Below, piece after piece: positions 11,306-22,718 of a stretch of 35,548 nt of DNA. This stretch comes from Octopus sinensis (taxonomy: Eukaryota): positions 1 to 35,548 of the forward strand of contig NW_021829895.1 of the NCBI RefSeq assembly GCF_006345805.1, read 5' to 3'. The translations under genes were made by a program, and so were the position numbers. Below the pieces are notes generated by a model. The model ran no database searches. It had not been told where the DNA came from and saw only the letters and a list, made by a program, of their open reading frames with translations. Every line of letters begins with the position of its first letter. The stretch's first letter is position 1.

Positions 11306-11382
<77 letters not shown>

Positions 11383-11385
11383 TTA
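11306..11385 (+). repeat. (TCTA)n tetranucleotide repeat
   Basis: Direct reading. Confidence 0.95.
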
Positions 11386-11557
11386 TCTGTCTCTCTGTTT
11401 GTCTGTCTGTCTTTCTAACATTCTATATCTGTGTCTATATTTGTAACTACTTATCAATTTTTAGATACATATATATAGTTTATATACTTTATAAATATAC
11501 ACATATATATATATATAAAATCTATATATATACTTTATTATTTTGAGCTTACTCTGG

Positions 11558-11590
<33 letters not shown>

Positions 11591-11591
11591 T

Positions 11592-11820
11592 AAAACAATT
11601 GCAGCGTGGAAGGTTTATAAGCCATTTAAGAAACACACAAAAGCCGTTCGATTCACTTCAACATTTAAGTTTATTTTGACAAATTAAACTTAAATGTTGA
11701 AGTGAATCGAACGGCTTTTGTGTGTTTCTTAAATGGCTTATAAACACCTTCCACGCTGCAATTGTTTTCGTTTCAGCACAAATCTCAGAGCAAATTACTT
11801 GCTATGCGAGTACATCTCCG
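11592..11820 (+). mobile_element. Penelope-like family C copy with fold-back 5' end (ribozyme core absent)
   Basis: 11674-11820 matches 20734-20880 and 29105-29251. 11592-11673 is a near-perfect inverted copy of 11685-11768 with one 2-nt indel. Flanked by (TA)n. Confidence 0.85.
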
Positions 11821-11956
11821 TAATATATATATATATTATATAATATATATATATATATATATTATATATTATATGTATATATATATACGTATATATATGT
11901 GCATATATGTATATACGTATCTATATATATATACGTAATCACATATATAATATATG

Positions 11957-12033
<77 letters not shown>

Positions 12034-12931
12034 TATATAATATATTACGTGGTGTAATATACTAATGAATTACAGATTAATTTGCGATTAATAATGCAAT
12101 CTCCTAGCTCTAATTAATTTCCTCACAGTGAGAGCCTTTTCATCACTTCGATTTTATACTAATATTTCGTTTTACTCAAATTCTCTTCCTTATATTTATC
12201 GAGTTATATTTTTCTGGTTTTATGTTTTATTATCGTATATTTACTATAATTACTCTCATTATTACAATTGTTGATGTTCCTATTGATGTTCCTTTCGTTG
12301 ATGTTGTTGCTGCAGTTGTTGTTATTGTTGTTGTTGTTGTTGATTTTGTTGCTGCTGTTGTTGTTGCCTGGTGATGCTATCTCAACTTTTACTTATTTCA
12401 TCTATTTTGATGTTATATTCATTGCATTGCCTGAATCTTGAAATGCTTAAACTTCATTTTATTTTCAATTTTTTTAAGGCGAAAAATTAAATTGTGTGCA
12501 TGCGCAAACCCCGAAAACATATATTTACCTTACATGACATTCATACATACATATACATATACATACACACACGCATGGATTCATTCATTCACACACATAC
12601 ACCACATTATATAACACACGTACATAACACGCATACTAGCATATAGATACGCATGCGTCAGTACACATATTTACATACTTCCAAAGGTACATAATTTCGT
12701 GCGAGTATTTGTGCGCGAGTATACCTGAGCGTGCGTCAATGCGTATATATATACAATCACGCACAAACACACACACACACACACGGATAAACATGAACAG
12801 AATTCTGAATACACACGCACACACACACACACATATATATATATGTTTATGTGTTTGTGTGCATATATATAATATGTATATATTATATATGTGTATATAT
12901 ATGTATATATATATATATATATATATGTGTG

Positions 12932-12962
<31 letters not shown>

Positions 12963-13000
12963 CTATATATATATAATATGTATATATATATATATATATG

Positions 13001-13057
<57 letters not shown>

Positions 13058-13259
13058 ATGTTATATATATGCATGTATGTATATGTATGCATATGCGTAT
13101 AGAAGCAATACTACATGTTTTGTATAGAGAGGAGCTAAAGCAATTTGAGAATAAAGACAAACAGTGATGTGAATGCGGTGACAGATAAACTTACTTACAT
13201 AGCAATAATCCTCTTTATTCTGAAATGCTGCAATAAACCTAAGCAAGAAAATTAATAAC

Positions 13260-13266
13260 AATAACA

Positions 13267-13309
<43 letters not shown>

Positions 13310-13641
13310 TAATAATACTATAATGATGATGATGATGATGATAATAATATATAATAATAATATATGATGATGATGATGATGATGATAATAATAATAATAA
13401 TAATATGATGATGATGAGATGATGATAATAATAATACTATAATAATATGATAGTAATAATAATATAATAATAATAATAATAATAAAATATATTAATAATA
13501 ATGATAATAATAATAATAATAATAATAATATAATAATAATAATAATGATGATGATGATGATGATGATAATATATAATAATAATAATAATGATGATGATGA
13601 TGATGATAATAATAATAATAATAATAATGATGATGATGATG

Positions 13642-13698
<57 letters not shown>

Positions 13699-13829
13699 TA
13701 ATAATAATAATAATAAAAAATATAATAAGATAATAATAATATAATAATAATAATAATAATAATAATCATAATAATAATAATGATGATGATGATGATGATG
13801 ATGATAATAAAATATAATAATAATACATA

Positions 13830-13862
<33 letters not shown>

Positions 13863-13913
13863 TAAATATAATGATAGTAATAATAATAATAATAATATGA
13901 TAGTATAATAATA

Positions 13914-13948
<35 letters not shown>

Positions 13949-13954
13949 GATAGA

Positions 13955-13990
<36 letters not shown>

Positions 13991-13995
13991 TAATA

Positions 13996-14028
<33 letters not shown>

Positions 14029-14229
14029 TAATAATAATGATAATAATAATAATAATAATATAATATAATAATAATATAATAATAATAATAATGATAGTAT
14101 ATAATAATAATAATGATGATAGTAATAATAATAATAATGATAGTAATAAAAAAAAAATAAATAATAATAATATGATAAGAAATAATAATAATAATAATAA
14201 TAAGAAAATAATATTATAATAATAATATA

Positions 14230-14260
<31 letters not shown>

Positions 14261-14345
14261 AATAATGATAATAATATATAATAATATAATAATAAAAATA
14301 TAATAATAATAATAATAATAATAATATAATAATAATAATAATAAT
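13260..14345 (+). repeat. About 1.1 kb degenerate (AAT)n/(GAT)n microsatellite
   Basis: Direct reading. It explains the poly-I/Y/L/N ORFs at 13437-14395. Confidence 0.95.
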
Positions 14346-14662
14346 GAATAAGTAAATACATGGATACAGCTATAAATAATGGCACACACCTCCAAACCCT
14401 TTACTCATATGCGCAAATACACAAATATACACATACGCGCGCGTGGGAAAAAGAAAAAAAAATTTTTTTTAGAAAAATTAACAAATAGATAAATGCAAGA
14501 TGGACGTAAATAAAACGAAATGGGAAAACAGTTTAAAGACATAGAATAACAGAATGTTGAAGTTAACGAAATGTTTGCAGGGCGAAAAGAATACACAACA
14601 ACAACAAAAAAAAATTGAAAACACGCGTGTGTATATGTATGGATATGTGTATACAAATATAA

Positions 14663-14709
<47 letters not shown>

Positions 14710-14979
14710 GTATATATATGTGCATATGTATATATATATCGTACAATATATATATATATACATATATTGTACGATACTAAGAAATACATACAGTAACTTA
14801 TATATGAAGGCAAGTGTATATATGTGTACATATATATGTATCAACATATAGGTGTGTGTTTGTACGTTTGTGTGTCAGTGTACACATGTTTATATAAATA
14901 TGTACGTGTGTGCCTTTCTGTGTGTGTATAATATGTAAGTAGATATACGTGCGTGCGTTTATAGATACACTTACACCTA

Positions 14980-15002
14980 TAGATAGATAGATAGATAGAT
15001 AT

Positions 15003-15065
<63 letters not shown>

Positions 15066-15132
15066 TATGATGGATGGATGGATAGGTAGGTAGGTCGGTA
15101 GGTAGGTAATGAACGGGAGTGAGTTAAAGTGG

Positions 15133-15170
<38 letters not shown>

Positions 15171-15240
15171 GAAAGAAAGAAAGAAAGAAAGAAGGAAGGA
15201 AAGAAAGAGAAAAGGAATAAAGAAAGAAAGAAAGAAAGAA
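14980..15240 (+). repeat. (GATA)n, (GA)n and (GAAA)n compound repeat
   Basis: Direct reading. Confidence 0.9.
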
Positions 15241-15433
15241 ATCCAAAACCACAGCTTCATAAATGACCCAACACACTTTAAAAAAATCTGTGCATATATA
15301 CATGTATGTATGTATACACATGGAAATATGTGTAAATATCTATGACAATATCTATGCTTATTTTTTGGTTATAAATATACACATACATACACAATGCACA
15401 CGCATATATGTGTGCACCTATGCGTGAATATAA

Positions 15434-15471
<38 letters not shown>

Positions 15472-16016
15472 TAGTATGCATGTATGAATGAATATATATA
15501 TATATATAAATATACGCGGAAACACACACTCACGTGCGTGCACACATATATAATTGATATTGAGAGAGAGAAAAGAGTTTAGTGATAGAAGAGAGAGAAT
15601 AAATGCTTCAAATTGCTTCTTGATGTCGAAGATGTTCCAAAGAGATGGATTGGGGCCATGGAATCGGCTACGAGTGGCCGACAATCAATGCTATGTAACT
15701 CTAATTTTGGAAGACATACGGGCATTATACAACCATCTCTCCATCACTCTTTTACTCTTTTAGCTGCTTCCTATCACTCTTCCTTCTTCCTTTTCTTCCT
15801 GTCTATCCATAAAATTATTTCAGTCTGTATATTTGTGGCCGACAGACTAACTTATGCACACAGATTTCCACAGATAATTTACATACACACAAACAGAGAC
15901 ACACATACACACATAAGTACATATATTCCATGTCTACATACTTATACACAAACACACAAACACGTACACATGTATACTACAAACACGCGCGCACAGACAC
16001 CCATGCATATATATAC

Positions 16017-16049
<33 letters not shown>

Positions 16050-16084
16050 CATATATATAGATAGATAGATAGATACATACATAC

Positions 16085-16115
<31 letters not shown>

Positions 16116-16207
16116 CATACATACGTGTGTGTATTTGTGTATGTGTGTGTGTGTCAGACAGTATTTGTGTGAATGCTACTAAAATCTTTTAACAAGAAAT
16201 ACACTTC

Positions 16208-16263
<56 letters not shown>

Positions 16264-17419
16264 TAATAATAACAAAAATGATAGCAACAACAAGATGAAG
16301 GAAAAGAAAGCGAACAAGAAGAAGAACTAAGAAGAAAATAATATTGATAAAATTTGTAAATAAATGTGTATAAAAGTAAACTCGAATAAATAAGTGTATC
16401 TACGTAAAAGTGAAGTAGAATATGAAATATGTAAAATTTTAAAAGCAGCTAAAGCGAAAAGATTAAGGAAGAAATTGGCTATAATCTACTGAAAGAGCAT
16501 ATTTAGAGATTTGGAGATTGACAGAAAGCAGGAGTATGTGGTGACAGGGAGGACAGAATAATATGGTAGATCGCTGAGTATTTTTACATCCATATAGTCG
16601 AGATAGAAATCCAAATATTTTGACACTTATCGAAAGATGACGTATTCAGAAGAGAAGAGCGTTAAGAGCAGGAATGGCGGTAAAGGGAAGGTATTATGAA
16701 GTGTGTGTTATATTGTGTTGTGTGTAGTGGTAGTGGTGGTCGTCGTTGGACTGGTTTGGTGATATGGTTTCGTAGTCGCTGTTGTTTATTGATTAGCCTC
16801 AGGTCAACTCAGATCGAGCTGGCCTGTCTGTGATCGAAGACTTTCCTAACCGTGACCATTCCGAAAATTTCTCTTATGTAAAGATAAGCTTGTAAAAGAT
16901 AAACTTACAACGGTGGTGCCCCAGCATAGCCGCAGCTTTCGGTCTGAAACATTTTTAAGGATTTGCCTCACGTTGTTTAATGTATAATGAGTTGCGTGAA
17001 ATTATGCTGATTAGGAGAGGAGAGACGGGAGTGGGCTTGGAGGAGGCAGAAGAGGAGCCAACTTGAAGAACAGAAACCATTATAGTTAGGTTGAAAAAGC
17101 AAATTATGGAACGGATCAATGGCTTGCAGGACAGGGGCTGGAATGTGTACAAAGCAATAAGTGATTTGAGGGTGATTTGGCTGCTATCTCTAGCTAGTTG
17201 AGTGACCAACTAAGGCTTTCTTGTTTGCTAGTTGTGTGATTCGATTTAGATGAGGTGGTGCTGAAGAGACCTAATGGTATCAATGTGTTGTGATACGGAT
17301 GCTGCAGAGACCTGCCCTTGCAGTAGCGCATTGTGATTGAGACGGCATTAAAATGCTCAGGTATTGTGGTTGGTGGTGTACTTCAGCTGTGGAGGCGTAA
17401 TGAAATTAAAAGTTTTTGA

Positions 17420-17996
17420 CGGTCATTCGGAATGCTCACAGCAGCCATATTCCTACCGCTCTATGTCACGCTGGAGAGACCCATATTGGAGTACGGGATT
17501 CAAGCCTCTTCTCCTTATCTCCTCAAAGACATACAGCATCTCGAAAGAGTCCAGAAGCTGGCTACCCGCATGGTACTTGGTCTCAAGCATTTGTCTTATG
17601 AAGAAAGGCTGAAGACGCTCGACCTTTATACTCTAGAAAAACGACGATGCCGTGGTGATCTCATCTTGCTCACAACATCATAAGCAGAAAGTGTAACCTC
17701 TCGAAAGAGCTGTTCTTCACTCCTGCTCCAGAACGTCGGCTGCGGGGTCACTCCGAAAAGCTCTATCTACGACGATTTCATCTCAATCGAAGGAGAGGGG
17801 CTTTCTCCGTCCGGGTTGCGGATCCGTGGAATAAGCTGCCGGACGAGATAGTGAATATGCCGACGACCGCTCCCATGACCACAAATGGCCTGAACTCTTT
17901 GTATGAACACCACCCTGTACGTGTCCCCCTACATGGCCTTGCTTTTTGCTTTTTGAGCCCAAAAATTAACTTAACTTAACTTAACTTAACTTAACT
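17420..17996 (+). mobile_element. 5'-truncated CR1-clade LINE 3' end (ORF2 C-terminus, frameshifted)
   Basis: Reads RSFGMLTAAIFLPLYVTLERPILEYGIQASSPYLLKDIQHLERVQKLATRMVLGLKHLSYEERLKTLDLYTLEKRRCRGDLI (frameshift) AHNII..RLRGHSEKL..FSVRVADPWNKLPDEIV, typical CR1 post-RT motifs. Ends in a (TTAAC)6 tail at 17966-17995. Confidence 0.92.
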
Positions 17997-18405
17997 ATGA
18001 TGGCGCATTATGACGCTGTGTTGTGAAGTGTTGGTGTATCGATGTTGTGATGGAGTAGTGAAATGATTGTAGTTGCTTTTTTAATAAAAAATCTGTCATA
18101 AATGAGCATATATATAACCAACGATACTTCAGCCATAACTATCCTGTCTATTTATGTTTTTAGGTGAAGTGAACAACACACAAATGCCAAAACGGTAATA
18201 TGAAATATCAGGAAAATCTAGCAATTATATCTAGCATATCTAACACGACAAACATCATATAAAGGCGCTCACATTGGCTAGTGCATCAGAGAGGTAATGC
18301 CATGTATTGTTTTTAGTTTTGCGAAGTAGTTGTGTCAGTGCAGCTTCGTGGATGAGCTGTAAATTCACTCGTGTCGTAACAGCGGTGTACGATAATAGTG
18401 ACGAC

Positions 18406-18557
18406 ACAGTTCTACATTTAAAAGATGAGGAATTATGTACATTATTTACATTATTTACATTATTTACATTTGACGGATATTTTTCCTCATCTTGTCTGTC
18501 GTTAACACAACGTTTCGGCTGATGTACCTTCCAGCCTTCATCAGGTGTCTTGGGGAT

Positions 18558-18558
<1 letters not shown>
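18406..18558 (-). mobile_element. Penelope-like family A terminal repeat (antisense copy)
   Basis: Reverse complement matches 19559-19663 (CCCCAAGACACCTGA.GAAGGCTGGA.GGTA.ATCAGCCGAAACGTTGTGTTAAC..AATGTAAATAATGTAAATAAT). Confidence 0.85.
18504..18549 (-). ncRNA. Minimal type I hammerhead ribozyme motif
   Basis: Minus strand: GACAC-CTGATGA-A-GGCTG(GAAGGTACAT)CAGCC-GAAA-CG-TT-GTGTT. Stem III is the palindrome AACGTT. Confidence 0.8.
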
Positions 18559-18560
<2 letters not shown>

Positions 18561-18609
<49 letters not shown>

Positions 18610-18637
18610 TAATATAATAATAATAATAATAATAATA
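18561..18637 (+). repeat. (AAT)n microsatellite
   Basis: Direct reading. Confidence 0.95.
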
Positions 18638-18962
18638 TCTGGCAAGACCTACCAAAAACTGAGCAAATATAAAGATCTTGAAATAGAAATCAGCAAAATG
18701 TGGAACCTGAAGACTAAAACAATACTTGTTGTCATAGGTGCCCTGGGAATGATAGCAAAAGGGGCTGACCGCTACCTAATTCAGATACCAGGAAACCTAA
18801 AAATGGCAGAAATTCAAAAGATAGTGCTCATGGGAACTGCTCATATCCTACGCAAAAAACTTTCTATGTAATCTCAAGTTTTAAAACAAACATTATTTTC
18901 TTTTTTTTTTAAGGCATTCACTAGTACAACACTAAATACAAAACCAAATATATGGCACACTA
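18638..18962 (+). mobile_element. 5'-truncated R4/Dong-type non-LTR retrotransposon: restriction-like endonuclease C-terminus plus part of the 3'UTR
   Basis: Open frame 18638-18871 reads KTYQKLSKYKDLEIEISKMWNLKTKTILVVIGALGMIAKGADRYLIQIPGNLKMAEIQKIVLMGTAHILRKKLSM-stop, with the K..KY.DL, V.IGALG and LGTAHILRK-type motifs. It adjoins (AAT)n, the known target type of Dong elements. This ORF is not in the supplied track. Confidence 0.88.
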
Positions 18963-19253
18963 GGTTTGGATAATTCACCACTGGAAACATTGGAGGTTAG
19001 TTCAACACCTTTAAACAACCCTTATTCAGGGACCTTTTAAGCGGGATGGGCTACTCAACCAGAAGAAAATTCTAACTGGGCCCCACCTGCAAGGTCATGT
19101 GCTATTTATCTTGATATGAGATCACCATGTTGCGCACATTTGGTTGTGATGCATGTGCCTGGTGTAACCTTATCAGAAGGGTAGTCATGATGGGTATACT
19201 GGGCTTCATATATTTTACCCCAGTGTTACTTTGATGGCATACACTGCCCTCTC
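18963..19253 (+). mobile_element. Repeat family D, copy 2 (more truncated)
   Basis: Homologous to 1650-1940. Ends CCCTCTC against (AAT)n. Confidence 0.85.
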
Positions 19254-19266
19254 AATAATAATAATA

Positions 19267-19320
<54 letters not shown>

Positions 19321-19406
19321 TAATAATAATAATAATAATAATAATGATGATGATGATGGTGGTGGTGACGATGATGATTTTGATGGTGGTGATGATGATG
19401 ATGATA

Positions 19407-19477
<71 letters not shown>

Positions 19478-19513
19478 AATAATAATAATAATAACAACAA
19501 CAACAATAATAAT
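19254..19513 (+). repeat. (AAT)n/(GAT)n compound microsatellite
   Basis: Direct reading. Confidence 0.95.
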
Positions 19514-19666
19514 AACATCGAAAAATACTTTAGGAATGAGAACCCAGGTTCGAAATTTCCCCAAGACACCTGAAGAAGGCTGGAGGGTATATCAGCCGAA
19601 ACGTTGTGTTAACAACAGACCAATGAGGAGAAATAACCGCCAAATGTAAATAATGTAAATAATATA
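19514..19666 (+). mobile_element. Penelope-like family A terminal repeat (sense copy)
   Basis: Inverted partner of 18406-18558. Contains a hammerhead motif. Confidence 0.85.
19565..19610 (+). ncRNA. Minimal type I hammerhead ribozyme motif
   Basis: GACAC(19565)-CTGAAGA(19570)-A-GGCTG(GAGGGTATAT)CAGCC-GAAA(19598)-CG-TT-GTGTT. Predicted cut after 19605. Confidence 0.8.
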
Positions 19667-20096
19667 AATAGTGACGATAGCAGTGATGTGATTATAGTTT
19701 TAAATGTTTGTGGTGGCATCCTGCTGCTTGTAATATTCTTTTCTACTCTAGGCACAAGGCCCCTGCTGCCTATAATATCATGGGATTGATGACCTTGTGT
19801 GAACTTAGTACAAATTTATTTGAAAATATTCTTCTTTAGTATTCGGCATATATTCTTCTGTCTCCAATAAACTATAAGTGTTTGTAATCGGTGACGCTTA
19901 TGGATATACATACGGCCAGTAGGAATATGTCATTGGATTAAAGTTATCTTTAAAGAAGAACCGGGGAGAGGACGAATATAAAAACTAGTAGTGATTCCAC
20001 TGGTTCAGATTTAAACCACTCGCTACAGACATGTCTAGTACAGAAACTAAGAGATTACATATGTGTGTGTGTGTGTGTATACATATACATACATAA

Positions 20097-20499
20097 GGCG
20101 GTGAGCTGGCAGAAACGTTAGCACGCCGGGCGAAATGCGTAGCCGATTTCGTCTGCCGTTACGTTCTGAGTTCAAATTCCGCCGAGATCGACTTTGTCTT
20201 TCATCCTTTCGGGGTTGATAAATTAAGTACCAGTTAAGCACTGGGGTCGATGCAATCGACTTAATCCGTTTGTCTGTCCTTGTTTGTCTCCTCTATGTTT
20301 AGCCCCTTGTGGGTAATAAAGAAATGGGTATTTCGTCTGTCGTTACGTTCTGGGTTCAAATTCCGCCGAGGTCGACTTGCCATTCATCCTTTCGTGGTCG
20401 ATAAATAAAGTACCAGATTTGCACTGGTGTCGATGTAACCGACTTAATCCCTTTGTTTGTCCCCTCTGTGTTTAGCCCCCTGTGGGCAGTAAAGAAATA
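20097..20499 (+). mobile_element. SINE family A dimer
   Basis: Head GGCGGTGAGCTGGCAGAAACGTTAGC (A-box-like) and B-box GAGTTCAAATTCC. The second body starts GGTATTTCGTC at 20327. Confidence 0.9.
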
Positions 20500-20680
20500 T
20501 ATACATATACATACATACACATACACACACATTTATATACATATGTATTCCATAAAGAAGAAAACAAGAATTATCTGTAACATCTCCGACTGGCAATGCT
20601 GTTGGTTTCTCCAATAAGTGAAAGACTACTCAAAACATAATGCAGAGTATAGTTATTTGTACATAACCAATTACTAATAT

Positions 20681-20880
20681 GCAGCACGGATTTTTGTCAG
20701 TGAACAGGTCGCGGTCTTAAAGCGACGAAAATATTTTGACAAATTAAACTTAAATGTTGAAGTGAATCGAACGGCTTTTGTGTGTTTCTTAAATGGCTTA
20801 CAAACACCTTCCACGCTGCAATTGTTTTCGTTTCAGCACACGATCTCAAATCAAATCATTTGCTATGCAAGTACATCTCC
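20681..20880 (+). mobile_element. Penelope-like family C, 200-bp unit, copy 1
   Basis: Shares both boundaries (GCAGCACGG...CATCTC) with 29052-29251. Contains a variant hammerhead. Confidence 0.8.
20693..20743 (+). ncRNA. Variant minimal hammerhead motif with G3:C8 core
   Basis: TTTGTCA-GTGAACA-G-GTCGC(GGTCTTAAA)GCGAC-GAAA-ATAT-TT-TGACAAA. Stem I has 7 bp, stem II 5 bp, and stem III is the palindrome AATATT. Predicted cut after 20736. Confidence 0.65.
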
Positions 20881-21145
20881 ATAACAATTACTAATAACTT
20901 TCTCACAAAAACACTTCTTGTTTTTTCACTAAGTACAACCTCCTTACGAACATAAATTTGGACATAACGTATTTTATAAACTCATTTTTGTGTAACGACG
21001 GTAATTAAAATAAACTTAGGCTAGTTTGGTTATATTTAATATTTTTAACTTTAGAAATATCTCAATCATGTTAAAGTAACACTTCACTTTTTACGAGAGA
21101 TTAATATTATATTTGATCTACCAGTGTGATGTAGCAGCCAAATCT

Positions 21146-21525
21146 GTGGAGGCGCAATGGCCCAGTGGTTAGGGCAGCGGACTCGCGGTCGTAGGATCGC
21201 GGTTTCGATTCCCAGACCGTTGTGAGTATTTATTGAGCGAAAAGACCTAAAGCTCCACGAGGCTCCGGCAGGGGATGGTGGTGATCCCTGCTGTACTCTT
21301 TCACTACAACTTTCTCTCACTCTTACTTCCTGTTTCTGTTGTACCTGTATTTCAAAGGGCCGGCCTTGTCACTCTCTGTGTCACGCTGAATCACCCTGAG
21401 AACTACGTTAAGGGTACACGTGTCTGTGGAGTGCTCAGCCATTTACACGTTAATTTCACGAGCAGGCTGTTCCGTTGATCGGATCAACCGGAACCCTCGT
21501 CGTCGTAACCGACGGAGTGCTTCCA
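21146..21525 (+). mobile_element. Full-length tRNA-Arg-derived SINE, family B, copy 2
   Basis: Highly similar to 9981-10370. 13-bp TSD AGCAGCCAAATCT at 21133-21145 and 21526-21538. Confidence 0.93.
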
Positions 21526-21695
21526 AGCAGCCAAATCTATCATTCTCAAATCAAATGCTGCCGCCCTTAACAAAGGTCATTAATTAGTCTAGTCTGTTAT
21601 ACAAAATACCTGATGAAAGAAAAAACAAAACTATAAAACATCTGGTGAAACAGACTGACCTAGAGTTAAACCGTTACGATGATAAGAGATTTTAA

Positions 21696-22658
21696 GGCGG
21701 CGAGCTGGCAGAATCGTTAGCACGCCGAGCAAAATGTGTATTTCGTCTGCCGCTACATTCTGAGTTCAATTTCTCCCGAGGTTGACTTTGCCTTCCATCC
21801 CTTCGGGGTCGATTAAATAAGTACCAGTTACGGACTGGGGTCGATGTAATCGACTTATTCCGTTTGTCTGTCCTTGTTAGTCCCCTCTATGTTTAGCCCC
21901 TTGTGGGTAGTAAATAAATAGGTATTTCGTCTGCTGTCACGTTTTGAGTTCAAATTCCGTCGAGGTCGATTTTTGCCTTTCATCCTTTCGGGGTCGATTA
22001 AATAAGTACCAGTTACGCACTGGGGTCGATATAATCGACTTATTCCGTTTGTCTGTCCTTGTTAGTCCCCTCTGTGTTTAGCCCCTTGTGGGTAGTAAAT
22101 AAATAGGTATTTCGTCTGCCGTCACGTTTTGAGTTCAAATTCCGTCGAGGTCGATTTTGCCTTTCATCCTTTCGGGGTCGATTAAATAAGTACCAGTTAC
22201 GCACTGGGGTCGATATAATCGACTTATTCCGTTTGTCTGTCCTTGTTAGTCCCCTCTATGTTTAGCCCCTTGTGGGTAGTAAATAAATAGGTATTTCGTC
22301 TGCTGTCACGTTTTGAGTTCAAATTCCGTCGAGGTCGATTTTGCCTTTCATCCTTTCGGGGTCGATTAAATAAGTACCAGTTACGCACTGGGGTCGATGT
22401 AATCGACTTATTCCGTTTGTCTGTCCTTGTTAGTCCCCTCTATGTTTAGCTCCTTGTGGGTAGTAAATAAATAGGTATTTCGTCTGCTGTCACGTTTTGA
22501 GTTCAAATTCCGTCGAGGTCGATTTTGCCTTTCATCCTTTCGGGGTCGATTAAATAAGTACCAGTTACGCACTGGGGTCGATGTAATCGACTGAATCCGT
22601 TTATCTGTCCTTGTTTGTCCCCCTCTGTGTTTAGCCTCTTGTGGGCAGTAAAGAAATA
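21696..22658 (+). repeat. SINE family A head plus five tandem ~184-bp bodies
   Basis: Units restart with GGTATTTCGTC at 21921, 22106, 22290 and 22474 (periods 185, 184, 184). The last unit ends AAGAAATA at 22658. Confidence 0.95.
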
Positions 22659-22718
22659 AGAATTACAAAAGGACTGCATGCGATTGGAAGATCAATTACT
22701 GATCAATAAACCGCTAAA

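Noticed and set aside
15554-16068. ORFs 15554..15763 and 15613..16068
   Set aside because: They overlap in different frames, show no recognisable homology, and the longer one ends in microsatellite.
21611-21660. CTGATGA...GAAAC hammerhead-like spacing
   Set aside because: The intervening A-rich sequence cannot form stem II.
21696-22658. CRISPR-like array
   Set aside because: The units are full 184-bp duplications with no unique spacers, in a eukaryotic SINE context and with no cas genes.
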